Notes: generated by a model not told the origin, from the sequence alone. DNA of 64,000 bases from Oscillospiraceae bacterium (GCA_015064015.1 SVTB01000001.1:2762-66761), one strand, 5' to 3'; counted from the stretch's first letter, positions 55,656 to 63,766 are shown. Made by a program: numbers and translations.

Positions 55656-55702
55656 CTTCTTAAAAAAGTTTCCTTTGGAATCCTTCAAAAACCTTTAAAT
55701 GG
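55656..55702 (+). repeat. palindrome-plus-tail intergenic repeat, copy E (left arm missing)
   Basis: AAAAAGTTTCCTTTGGAATCCTTCAAAAAC is 30/30 identical to copy D, which lies about 180 bp upstream in direct orientation. Confidence 0.75.
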
Positions 55703-55773
55703 TAAAGCAAATATATCCCGACATCCTTTCCAAAAAGGCTCAGGTGGGGATGTGGGTGCGAATCCCTATGCTC

Positions 55774-57753
55774 TTACTTATACTCAACCGTGATAGAAAC
55801 CGCAGTTGAGTCGTAGGAGGTATTTAAATTTTTGTTGACGAGGAAAGCAATTTCGTCACCCTGCTTCACCGAGAGAGTGATAGTATCATCACCGGGAGTG
55901 TCGTGGGTCACGAGAATACCGCCGTTGCGGGCTTCTCCGATGGTGATTTTTTCGCCGTTGTGCAGAATATAGAAGATGATACCGTCTCCGTCGGAGGATG
56001 CCATCGACAGGCTGTACGAGCAGGAGATGTCGCCATCCTTAGGCGCGGTAAATACAATGGCGGTGTCAGCCGCATCGGGATGCACGCTGCCGCTTGAAAC
56101 AAGATTGAAGCTTCCGTTGCCTTGCCAACGGTTGTTGGCAGCATCAAAGGTCATGGGAACCAATTTTTTACGCGTATAAACGCAGTAGCTCCATCCCTTG
56201 ACCCCTTGCTCGGTAGCGAAGTCTCCGGGGAAGCTGTAAGCCAGCAAAGGCTCTGTAGGCACTTGAGTGGTCAGATCATCCAACACCTTGATATACACAA
56301 AGCGTCCGCCCTCAGCCAGCTTGTTATACCGACCAATATATCCATCGGGATTGCGCTTTTTAAAGAGATCCAGCAAGGAGATCTCCAAGATAGGCGAGCT
56401 CTCGGTAGGCTGCACCACGCCGGGAGCATTGTCCCCCAGCCATGTGGAGGATATCTCCTGCCAAACAGGACGATAAGTCTCATAGTTGGCATCTATGCTC
56501 CAGTTGGCGGCGCTAACGTAGGTACAACCGCGCTCGAAGCAGACAAGTCCCTGCGCTAAATATCTTTCCGGGGTTGCTCCATTTTGGTGAGGACCATCAA
56601 TTTCTTGAGCCAGCTCCACCGAAGCCGGCAAGACCGAACGGATGTAGTCCATGGAAAAATGATGGTTCATAAGAGGGCCATCGTCGATCCACACCACATC
56701 GGCGTGCTCGGCCAAATCGGCCACGCCATAGGTACCGCGCAGAGCCGAGACCGTATCATACACACACCCCAACTGGAGAGCAAATTTGCTATTGGCGGTC
56801 ACTTCATCCTGAGCAACAGCCAAACGATCAATTACATTTTTGAGGCTTTGGTGACGGAAGGTATACCAAAGCTGCCCCACATTGTTGCCCGCCGTAGTGC
56901 TCGGAGGCAGAACCTCTTCAAAGCTTCCGTAAGAGGTATCCAAGGCTTTATTCAAAGCCGCGATATCTTGATAGTTTTCCTTCAGGAAGGTGCGGAAGGC
57001 CGCAACCGCATGGGTTGAATGATCGTATTCCGCCGTACACCAGTATTCCGTTTCAGCATACTGGGAAAAAGCGGGAAGATAGAACAGCACGTCCTCTCCG
57101 TACAGGCCATCGTAATGCTTGACTGCATTTTGGTAGAACGCAACGCACTTGGAAACGGCGTTTTCGGAATTGAAGGAAATCTGAAGACGATCCCCCGTCA
57201 TAGAGCCGCCCATACAAAGATTTCCACTCGGATCCCGCATGATATCGTCCTCGGAAAGCACGGTGTCACCCTTGCGGCGGGTCATATCCAAGGAGATAGC
57301 CACCTTCATACCCTTCTCTCTGACCACGTAGTTAATGAGGGGGTCAAAGGCGGTGTACTCATAGACACCTGCCGTAGTCTCTACATGATGCCACGGAATA
57401 TGTACCTTAATGGCGTTGAATCCGTCGGCCGCCACTGTATCAACAATATTTTTAAAAGCGTCGAGGGAATTGATTTCAAAATTCCATATACGGAAAATGA
57501 AATACCGTTCGCCGATCTCCAAGGGCTCAACGGGCATGGTGGGTTCCTCCTCGGTGGGTGTTTCGTCGGGTACTCCGGTAGGAATGTCGGTAGGCGCACT
57601 CGTTTCTGCCTGTATGGGCGCATGAGTCCCTGCTTGTGTCGCGCCCTCCGTAGGCGCTGAAGTACCATGCTCTCCCGATGATTCCGAGGAACACGCCGGC
57701 AAGACGGACAAGGCCATGGCAAAGCAAAGCAAAAGCAACAGAATTTTTTTCAT
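55774..57753 (-). CDS. lipoprotein, GH42-like (beta-galactosidase-type TIM barrel) glycoside hydrolase
   Basis: ORF (TTG 57780) trimmed to ATG 57753, with AAGGAGG upstream. Lipobox VLPACSS. PT-rich linker. AIKVHIPWHHVETTAGVYEYTAFDPLINYV and AAFRTFLKENYQDIAALNKAL resemble the GH42 N-terminal domain. Confidence 0.7.
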   Translation of the reverse strand: MKKILLLLLCFAMALSVLPACSSESSGEHGTSAPTEGATQAGTHAPIQAETSAPTDIPTGVPDETPTEEEPTMPVEPLEIGERYFIFRIWNFEINSLDAFKNIVDTVAADGFNAIKVHIPWHHVETTAGVYEYTAFDPLINYVVREKGMKVAISLDMTRRKGDTVLSEDDIMRDPSGNLCMGGSMTGDRLQISFNSENAVSKCVAFYQNAVKHYDGLYGEDVLFYLPAFSQYAETEYWCTAEYDHSTHAVAAFRTFLKENYQDIAALNKALDTSYGSFEEVLPPSTTAGNNVGQLWYTFRHQSLKNVIDRLAVAQDEVTANSKFALQLGCVYDTVSALRGTYGVADLAEHADVVWIDDGPLMNHHFSMDYIRSVLPASVELAQEIDGPHQNGATPERYLAQGLVCFERGCTYVSAANWSIDANYETYRPVWQEISSTWLGDNAPGVVQPTESSPILEISLLDLFKKRNPDGYIGRYNKLAEGGRFVYIKVLDDLTTQVPTEPLLAYSFPGDFATEQGVKGWSYCVYTRKKLVPMTFDAANNRWQGNGSFNLVSSGSVHPDAADTAIVFTAPKDGDISCSYSLSMASSDGDGIIFYILHNGEKITIGEARNGGILVTHDTPGDDTITLSVKQGDEIAFLVNKNLNTSYDSTAVSITVEYK

Positions 57754-57769
57754 TTCTACGGACACCTCC

Positions 57770-58522
57770 TTATGCTTCAAAGGGTTTTTTAATACCCATT
57801 TCCGTCAAGCGGTTGCAATAGTCCTTCACGCGTTCGGGGAGATAATCCTCCACCCTATGTCCGTCAAAGCCCACACTGACACGAACACCCGACTTTCGGA
57901 CGATCTCCTGCTTTTGAGTATTCTCAAAGAAATTCAACATATATGCGTGTTGGCGGTAGCCATGGATGGAATCATAGCTCACATTCATTTCCCAGAAAAT
58001 ATTCTCATCCGCCATGCGCTTGAAATAATCCAGAGGATCAGTACCCAGTTTCGCAATATGCGCAAACAGATCGGTATGAGCCACACCTACCACAGGGGTG
58101 CCGCAGCGCTTGGCAAAGGCAAAGAGATCTCCCCCCGTCATGGAGGTAGCGGCATCCACGTTTTCGACGAGGCAATAATCAAAATAAGAGATATCTGCCC
58201 CGTCGGGTAAAGAGAAATTGGGATGTTGCTCGCTCTTCAAGGTGCATATTTCAATGCCCCGCAAAACCTTAATGCGAGAAGCGTATTTTTCACGAATCAA
58301 GTTGATATGGTCGTAGTAGCGGCGCAGAGTGCGCTCGTAATTGTCCAGTTCCATATTGGCTGTAGCGCAGAAAACGCTGTGACGGGCATATCCGATGCCG
58401 TAGTTATGGTCAGTGATGCCAAACAGCTCCAGTCCCCCGTCAATGGCGGCCTCCACGATGGCCTCGGGCGTATCCTTTCCGCAGAAAGAATAGTAGGTGT
58501 GAGAATGTAGGTCTTGCAGCAT
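57770..58522 (-). CDS. PHP-domain phosphoesterase (histidinol-phosphatase family)
   Basis: ORF 57770..58642 trimmed to ATG 58522 (MLQDLHSHTYYSFCGKD, the classical PHP N-terminus). The upstream 40 codons run through repeat copy F and a leader terminator. Confidence 0.8.
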   Translation of the reverse strand: MLQDLHSHTYYSFCGKDTPEAIVEAAIDGGLELFGITDHNYGIGYARHSVFCATANMELDNYERTLRRYYDHINLIREKYASRIKVLRGIEICTLKSEQHPNFSLPDGADISYFDYCLVENVDAATSMTGGDLFAFAKRCGTPVVGVAHTDLFAHIAKLGTDPLDYFKRMADENIFWEMNVSYDSIHGYRQHAYMLNFFENTQKQEIVRKSGVRVSVGFDGHRVEDYLPERVKDYCNRLTEMGIKKPFEA

Positions 58523-58539
58523 GATATTCCCTTTCTTGC

Positions 58540-58597
58540 ATAAAAGTTTTTGAAAGAGGGTTCCCAGGGAGAATACTTTTTTCAAAAAATTTCTTTC
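58540..58597 (-). repeat. palindrome-plus-tail repeat, degenerate copy F
   Basis: Minus strand reads GAAAGAAATTTTTTGAAAAAAGTATTCTC followed by the tail CCTGGGAACCCTCTTTCAAAAACTTTTAT, immediately upstream of the PHP gene RBS. Confidence 0.55.
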
Positions 58598-58605
58598 GCT
58601 ATAAT

Positions 58606-58642
58606 TAAAAAGGTGGAAAGCGCGAAAAATCGCACCCTCCAC
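58606..58642 (-). promoter_or_regulatory. terminator-shaped hairpin in the leader of the PHP/GH42-like operon (attenuator, or 3' end of a ~70-nt sRNA)
   Basis: Minus strand reads GGTGGAGGGTGCGA tttt TCGCGCTTTCCACC (14 pairs including G-U) followed by TTTTTAATT. Begins about 32 nt after the predicted start site of the consensus promoter at 58681-58709. Confidence 0.5.
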
Positions 58643-58680
58643 CGTCCGTCGAATGACTTATTAGATCAGTTCCATACAAG

Positions 58681-58709
58681 CATTATACTACTTTTGCTCT
58701 TCATTGTCA
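58681..58709 (-). promoter_or_regulatory. perfect-consensus sigma-A promoter
   Basis: Minus strand reads TTGACA, 17 nt, TATAAT. Confidence 0.7.
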
Positions 58710-58825
58710 ATGAATCCCTTTAGAACTTTACGGATAATTTACAAAGATATTTTGCGCTTTTTGCATTTTCTGTTTACCCTATTCGAAAAAAGCCATCCCC
58801 CGTATCTACTCCCGGAAAACAGGGG

Positions 58826-58854
58826 TTGACAAAACTGTTAAGTTAACTTAAAAT
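58826..58854 (+). promoter_or_regulatory. sigma-A type promoter of the small-ORF/metallophosphoesterase pair
   Basis: TTGACA, 17 nt, TAAAAT, 59 nt upstream of ATG 58913. Divergent from the promoter at 58681-58709. Confidence 0.65.
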
Positions 58855-58912
58855 ATAAGCAGCGGCGCGCGGGCAGGACGAGCCGCCCAAGTTTTTTAGG
58901 AGGTATTTGATT

Positions 58913-59137
58913 ATGTTTGAAGTCATTCATAAGACGCAAGGCAGCGGTGAAAGATCCAAATACAAATACGTAGATATCTACGTCAAGGATTTGGCCGAGG
59001 CCATGAAAGTCAAAAAAAACAAACTGGTTCAGGGAAGCAAGCTGTTTATTGTGGAAACAGCATCGCTGTATGTTCTGAACGAGGATGAAGGCGTTTGGTG
59101 CAGCGCGGTAGACGGCACGGTGCTGGGGGAGGCTTGA
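58913..59137 (+). CDS. hypothetical small protein (74 aa)
   Basis: AGGAGG lies 9 nt upstream of ATG 58913. The stop is 1 nt before the next ATG (TGATATG). No recognisable family. Confidence 0.6.
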   Translation: MFEVIHKTQGSGERSKYKYVDIYVKDLAEAMKVKKNKLVQGSKLFIVETASLYVLNEDEGVWCSAVDGTVLGEA

Positions 59138-59138
59138 T

Positions 59139-60728
59139 ATGGGGGTTGGATTTAATGATTTAACCATGATGCTGGGGAAACAGCCCTCTCAATCCAAGCC
59201 GCAGGAGCCGTCCGCTACCCTTCCCTACTACTGGCAGGATGAGGTCAATGACACCGTAGCGAAAATCAAATCCATTCAAGAAAACGGAGATCATTCGGTC
59301 GTTTGCTTCGGACTGGTCTCTGATATCCACATGGACGACGGGACATACCCCTTTTGCAAAAATATCGGCAAGGTAGCCGCCGCCGTCATGAAAGAATGTG
59401 ATATTCCCGTATTCGTGAATGATGGCGATCTTCTGACCGGTAACACAGCAAAGACCAAAGAAGAAATTCTGTCATGCTACGACACCCTCAACAAGGTTCT
59501 CTCCCCCATCGGGGATGATCACCTTCTCTCGGTTTTCGGAAACCACGACGGTGCTTACGGCTACTCCACAAACGCCAACGGAGAAATAACGTATTACGAT
59601 TACAGTCTGACAGACGGAGAGCTGTATAACAAGGTGTTCCGCCGGCAAGCCAAGGATTTCAGAAGAGTATTCGGTCCCGACGGTGTTTATTTCTATCTGG
59701 ACAACATTCCCCAAAAATTCCGCATGATCTGTCTCGATGGGCGATTTGTCAAATACGTCGCCGACACAGACGGAACCACCATCATAAATCGGCAAAAGTC
59801 CGGCGGCTTTGGCGGCAACCAGCTGAACTGGCTGGTTCACGAGGCTTTGAACATGGAGGAGGGATGGACAGCGGCCATCTTCACCCATATTCCTCCCCTT
59901 TTAGAGTTCACCGAGAGAGATTACAATATCTTCCGAAGTATCATTACAAATTTCTGCAACAAAACCAAAATTGCAGACAGCAGCGGAAATTTGATTCCCC
60001 AAACTTATACAGGGGCATACGAATGGATGAATGTCAGCGTGAACATTGATTTCACCGCCGCCAAAGGCGAGCTACTGGGTATCTTTTGCGGACACAAGCA
60101 TCAGGATTTCATATATCCCGACGTGCTTCCCTGCCCCATCACAACCACCATCTGTGCGACCCGCTACGAGCCTTATGACGGATCGGCTGATCTCCGCATA
60201 GAAGGAACCTCCACCGAAACGGCCATGGACTTTTTCTGCATCAACACGCAAACGCACGACATCCACATCATCCGTTGCGGTATCGGTGATGACCGCCTTT
60301 TGACTCATGGTGGATCAACCCCCGATGACATTGAGCCCGATTATACAAACTTTGCCGACCTCACAAGCAAAGACTGGAAAACGGATCACCGCTGTAATTC
60401 CGTAGGTGTCGTCGCTTTTGAGGGATTGACCGTAACCAACTTTATTCAGTGCGAAAAAGATGACTACGTGTATGTATACGGATTAGATATGGAAAATGTT
60501 GTCAACGGGCAGACACCCAAGCAACAGTTCCATGCGTCAACCATTGGTAACCTTTCCAACGTCTCCCTTGTTGATGCGGGGTGGTATGTAGGAAAGACGG
60601 ATGACGGCGGATACATCTTTGGCGAATACGGTGCTGATGAAAACCGTTATTACCGTTTTTGCGGCGCGCCTATCAACGGCGAGGAGAATATCATCATTAA
60701 AGTCAAGCGTAATGGCGCATGGCTTTAA
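59139..60728 (+). CDS. calcineurin-like metallophosphoesterase with a C-terminal domain of about 150 aa and unknown function
   Basis: 529 aa. All five metallophosphoesterase motifs are present in order: SDIHMD, NDGDLLTGN, FGNHDG, FTHIPP, CGHKHQD. Confidence 0.85.
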   Translation: MGVGFNDLTMMLGKQPSQSKPQEPSATLPYYWQDEVNDTVAKIKSIQENGDHSVVCFGLVSDIHMDDGTYPFCKNIGKVAAAVMKECDIPVFVNDGDLLTGNTAKTKEEILSCYDTLNKVLSPIGDDHLLSVFGNHDGAYGYSTNANGEITYYDYSLTDGELYNKVFRRQAKDFRRVFGPDGVYFYLDNIPQKFRMICLDGRFVKYVADTDGTTIINRQKSGGFGGNQLNWLVHEALNMEEGWTAAIFTHIPPLLEFTERDYNIFRSIITNFCNKTKIADSSGNLIPQTYTGAYEWMNVSVNIDFTAAKGELLGIFCGHKHQDFIYPDVLPCPITTTICATRYEPYDGSADLRIEGTSTETAMDFFCINTQTHDIHIIRCGIGDDRLLTHGGSTPDDIEPDYTNFADLTSKDWKTDHRCNSVGVVAFEGLTVTNFIQCEKDDYVYVYGLDMENVVNGQTPKQQFHASTIGNLSNVSLVDAGWYVGKTDDGGYIFGEYGADENRYYRFCGAPINGEENIIIKVKRNGAWL

Positions 60729-60769
60729 TACCTGGCAAGCATCTGAGATAATGTGATCTTTGATGTATA

Positions 60770-60817
60770 AAAGTCCCTCTCGCGGCAGATATTTTCGCCG
60801 TGAGAGGGACTTTGTTT
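60770..60817 (+). terminator. intrinsic terminator between convergent genes
   Basis: 17-bp stem AAAGTCCCTCTCGCGGC ... GCCGTGAGAGGGACTTT (one G-U pair) followed by GTTT. Lies between stops 60728 (+) and 60833 (-). Confidence 0.75.
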
Positions 60818-60832
60818 ATAAAGATTTACGAA

Positions 60833-62113
60833 TTATTTGATGCGCTTCAAGAAAATGGCCTCTATCATCAGCTTTGAATTCTCACGAAGTCCCTTAATGA
60901 AAAACGGAACCACCATAGTTGTTAGTACCTGTGCGACTAAGGAAGCCACGGCGGCACCCGATGCTCCCCAGAGGGGAATAAACACAAGATTCAGAACCAC
61001 GTTGGCAAGCGCGGCAGAAAAATACACATATTTCAAATATTTCTGCTTTTCTTTGCACACGATCCAAGCATTTCTCGCGACACCAAGATAAGAAAACGCT
61101 GTATACCATGTAACGATTCTCAAGGGACTCACCGAAGGAAGGTAGGCCTCGCCGTACAAAAGCAAAATAACCCATTCGGCAAAAGCAGTCAATATCAAGG
61201 ATACAACCACCGACACATAAAAGATGATCGCGTAGAGCTGCCTGTTTCGCTTGGCAAACATTTCCTCGTCCTTCTTATGCGCCTCCATGATGGAGGGGTA
61301 CATGGAATCAATGATGGCAGACAGCACAAAACACCACATACTACACACGGCAAGGGCGGTGGAGTAATAGCCGATCTCCGCGTCGCTGATCATTTGCTTG
61401 AGCATGATTTTATCCGTTTGACCGTATATGGCTACCATCAAGCTCGGCAAGATAAAATGATAGCTTTTAGACAGCAGCTGTTTTCCGTATTGAAAGGAAA
61501 AAGCAAGCCTCTCTCCGTAATATTTGCGATAAACTACCAAAAGTATGATGCCCACGCATATGTAGTCCACAGAGGTTGCAAAGGCAAACCAAGCCACGCT
61601 CTGTCCGGTTATCAGAAGGATCACCTTGTACACCGCCGTCAGGGTATACGCCACCAGCGAAGCGATAGCGGTCACCTTAGACTGTAAGTGTGACTGAAAC
61701 AGATAATTGATGGTCTCAAATATATGGAATATCAAACCTAAGCTGGAAAGTCCCACAACAAGGATGGTCTCCGTCTCTCCCGCATCCACGATGCTGACAA
61801 TGCACACTACCGTCACTGCGGACAAAAAGCTGGCCATCGCTTTCAAAACCAACGCCGTGCCGATGACCTTGCCTTCAGAGCCTCGGTTATCCACAAATTC
61901 CTTGACAAGCACCGAGTTGATACCCAGCGTGCAGAAGGAAGAGAAAAAGGCGGTATAAGCAGCCGCGTAGTTGATGAGACCGTAGTTGGAGGGGCCCAAA
62001 TACCGTGCGGTCAGAAGCCCCACCACCAAGCTGATCATCATTTGAACAACCTTGCCACCAATCAGCCATCCCGCATTTTTAAAGGTTTTATTTTTCAGTA
62101 TTTTCGTTATCAT
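60833..62113 (-). CDS. oligosaccharide flippase (Wzx/MOP superfamily polysaccharide biosynthesis protein)
   Basis: 426 aa, about 12 predicted TM helices. N-terminal KNAGWLIGGKVVQMMISLVVGLLTARYLGPSNYG is typical of the Polysacc_synt family. Confidence 0.85.
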   Translation of the reverse strand: MITKILKNKTFKNAGWLIGGKVVQMMISLVVGLLTARYLGPSNYGLINYAAAYTAFFSSFCTLGINSVLVKEFVDNRGSEGKVIGTALVLKAMASFLSAVTVVCIVSIVDAGETETILVVGLSSLGLIFHIFETINYLFQSHLQSKVTAIASLVAYTLTAVYKVILLITGQSVAWFAFATSVDYICVGIILLVVYRKYYGERLAFSFQYGKQLLSKSYHFILPSLMVAIYGQTDKIMLKQMISDAEIGYYSTALAVCSMWCFVLSAIIDSMYPSIMEAHKKDEEMFAKRNRQLYAIIFYVSVVVSLILTAFAEWVILLLYGEAYLPSVSPLRIVTWYTAFSYLGVARNAWIVCKEKQKYLKYVYFSAALANVVLNLVFIPLWGASGAAVASLVAQVLTTMVVPFFIKGLRENSKLMIEAIFLKRIK

Positions 62114-62606
62114 CTATTCTTCTTATCACCTTGGCGGGAATACCGCCAACCAGCGTATCACTCTCCACGTCTTTGACCACGCAAGAGCACGCGGCAATCA
62201 CGCATCCATCTTGAATGGTAACGCCGCCCAAAATGGTGCTTCTCGCACCAATCCAACAACCGTTTCCCACCTTGCTTTCAAACCGAATACCCTTGCCTGC
62301 TCTTCTCTCATGCGTACCGATCTCATGGCCGCCGGTTTGAAAGATCACTTCGGGCGCAATATCGCAGTTATCTCCGATGGTGACCGTTCCGTTTCCATTG
62401 ACAATGAAATTCTTGCCCACCCAACAATTTTCTCCAATGCGGAGCGTAGCGGTGCATTCAAAGGGGCCCACTACCTTCGTTCCCTTTCCAATGCTATACC
62501 CTGCCCAGTTCAAAAGTTTCCTTTTCTTCTCGAAGTGCTTCGCGCCTACAAACAGGCGATTGACGCAGAAAGATGTAATTTTTCTCTTTATTCCCAAAAA
62601 AGCCAC
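62088..62606 (-). CDS. hexapeptide-repeat (LbH) O-acetyltransferase
   Basis: 172 aa. Repeated [LIV]G-x4 hexads (IGENCWVGKNFIVNGNGTVTIGDNCDIAPEV, IGARSTILGGVTIQDGCVIAACSCV). Ends GGIPAKVIR. Confidence 0.85.
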   Translation of the reverse strand: MAFLGIKRKITSFCVNRLFVGAKHFEKKRKLLNWAGYSIGKGTKVVGPFECTATLRIGENCWVGKNFIVNGNGTVTIGDNCDIAPEVIFQTGGHEIGTHERRAGKGIRFESKVGNGCWIGARSTILGGVTIQDGCVIAACSCVVKDVESDTLVGGIPAKVIRRIDDNENTEK

Positions 62607-62611
62607 TGTCT

Positions 62612-63766
62612 TTATCCTTTAAACCAATTATTTTTTAAAATTTCCGCTTTGCTGCAAGGCCCGTCCTCGTACAAGGTACAAACCCTTCCCTCGCTTATTT
62701 CCTCGGCCAATCGGAGGAATCTCTCCGCGGCCACCTCGGCATTCCACTTTGTCGCGATGGTTTCATATGCCGCACGCCCCATGCGAAGCTGTTCCTCGGG
62801 TGTATTTAAAAGAAATGTGACCTTGCCGTACATATCTTCAAAATTTCCGTAGCGATAGATCAACCCGTTCTCCTTATTTTGAATCAGGAAGGGCGCGGCA
62901 CCGATGGCATGGCTTGCCACAACAGCACAACCGCTGTTCATAGATTCGTTCAAGACCGCTCCCCAGCCTTCTTCAAAATCACTGGTGAACAGGAAAATTC
63001 CCGCCCTTTCCATATGTTCCCGAACCTGTTCGGGCTTCATAGCACCCAGCAAATGGACACAATCTTCCAGCCCCTTTTGGCGGATCATTTCCTCGGTTTG
63101 ATCCTTCAGAGGCCCTATGCCGATACAATCAAGATCAAAACGGTAGTTTTCCTTTTTCAAACGCTCCGCGAGGGCAACCATATGCTCGGGATGCTTGCAG
63201 TCGATGAATCTGGCGCACCACAGAATTTTTCTGTTGTCTTTGGATCTCATCAGAGCATTCGCGTCATATTTTTTGGTTTCAGGGAAATATCCCCACTTGT
63301 ACGCCCGATTGATAAAGGTTCTCGTGATGGCGAAATCCGCCGATGTATACGCCCCGGCACAAAGTAAATACTGATTCTTTTTCAAAGAATACCGCTGTCT
63401 GAACTTGAGTGCCCTCACAGGCCACTTATACAGCTGATATCCCTTACGGTATAGTCTTTCACTATAGCGAAAAATCAACTTTCCTTGTTTTTTTCTGTTC
63501 TCGATGTACTCCTCCGGCGCACTGCCGATGATGACCACATCCGCCGCATCGATAAGATCAAGGCATTTCCGCTTGTCCTCCTCACCGGTATATGCATATG
63601 CAATGTAGGAAGGATAGCTCTCCAACTCATATCCCAGCTTTCGGCGGTCCTCCCGCATCTCGCGGGTAGAAACAAACGTAAAGTCATCGGAAATCTTGGC
63701 ATAAATCGCTTCGCAAAAAGGTTTTTGATGATGATTAAAATAATTTGATACAAAAACAATTTTCAT
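62612..63766 (-). CDS. glycosyltransferase family 1 (GT4-type, GT-B fold)
   Basis: ORF 62612..63925 (GTG) trimmed to ATG 63766, with GGAGA upstream. MKIVFVSNYFNHHQ N-terminus. C-terminal FLFTSDFEEGWGAVLNESMNSGCAVVAS carries the E-x7-E-type motif. Confidence 0.85.
   Translation of the reverse strand: MKIVFVSNYFNHHQKPFCEAIYAKISDDFTFVSTREMREDRRKLGYELESYPSYIAYAYTGEEDKRKCLDLIDAADVVIIGSAPEEYIENRKKQGKLIFRYSERLYRKGYQLYKWPVRALKFRQRYSLKKNQYLLCAGAYTSADFAITRTFINRAYKWGYFPETKKYDANALMRSKDNRKILWCARFIDCKHPEHMVALAERLKKENYRFDLDCIGIGPLKDQTEEMIRQKGLEDCVHLLGAMKPEQVREHMERAGIFLFTSDFEEGWGAVLNESMNSGCAVVASHAIGAAPFLIQNKENGLIYRYGNFEDMYGKVTFLLNTPEEQLRMGRAAYETIATKWNAEVAAERFLRLAEEISEGRVCTLYEDGPCSKAEILKNNWFKG

Noticed and set aside
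55700-55776. tRNA-like T-arm sequence GGGTGCGAATCCC near the 3' end of the GH42-like gene.
   Set aside because: An attempted cloverleaf fails: the T-stem has only 3 bp, there is no D-loop GG and the acceptor arms do not pair. The sequence overlaps the CDS end.
58523-58642. N-terminal 40-codon extension of the PHP gene ORF (MEGAIFRAFHLFNYSERNFLKKVFSLGTLFQKLL...).
   Set aside because: The extension runs through repeat copy F and a terminator hairpin and has no RBS. MLQDLHSHT at 58522 is the canonical PHP start. Analogous extensions were trimmed at 39678, 13628, 10990, 43396, 27729, 29153, 53144, 63925 and 20423.
58838-59167. 109-aa minus-strand ORF overlapping the promoter and the 74-aa plus-strand ORF.
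   Set aside because: It has no RBS and is antisense to a better-supported ORF that has AGGAGG and a consensus promoter.
58826-60728. Prophage remnant or anti-phage defence system interpretation of the small ORF plus metallophosphoesterase pair.
   Set aside because: No integrase, terminase, capsid, tail, ATPase or nuclease partner genes are present in the window. The evidence is insufficient.
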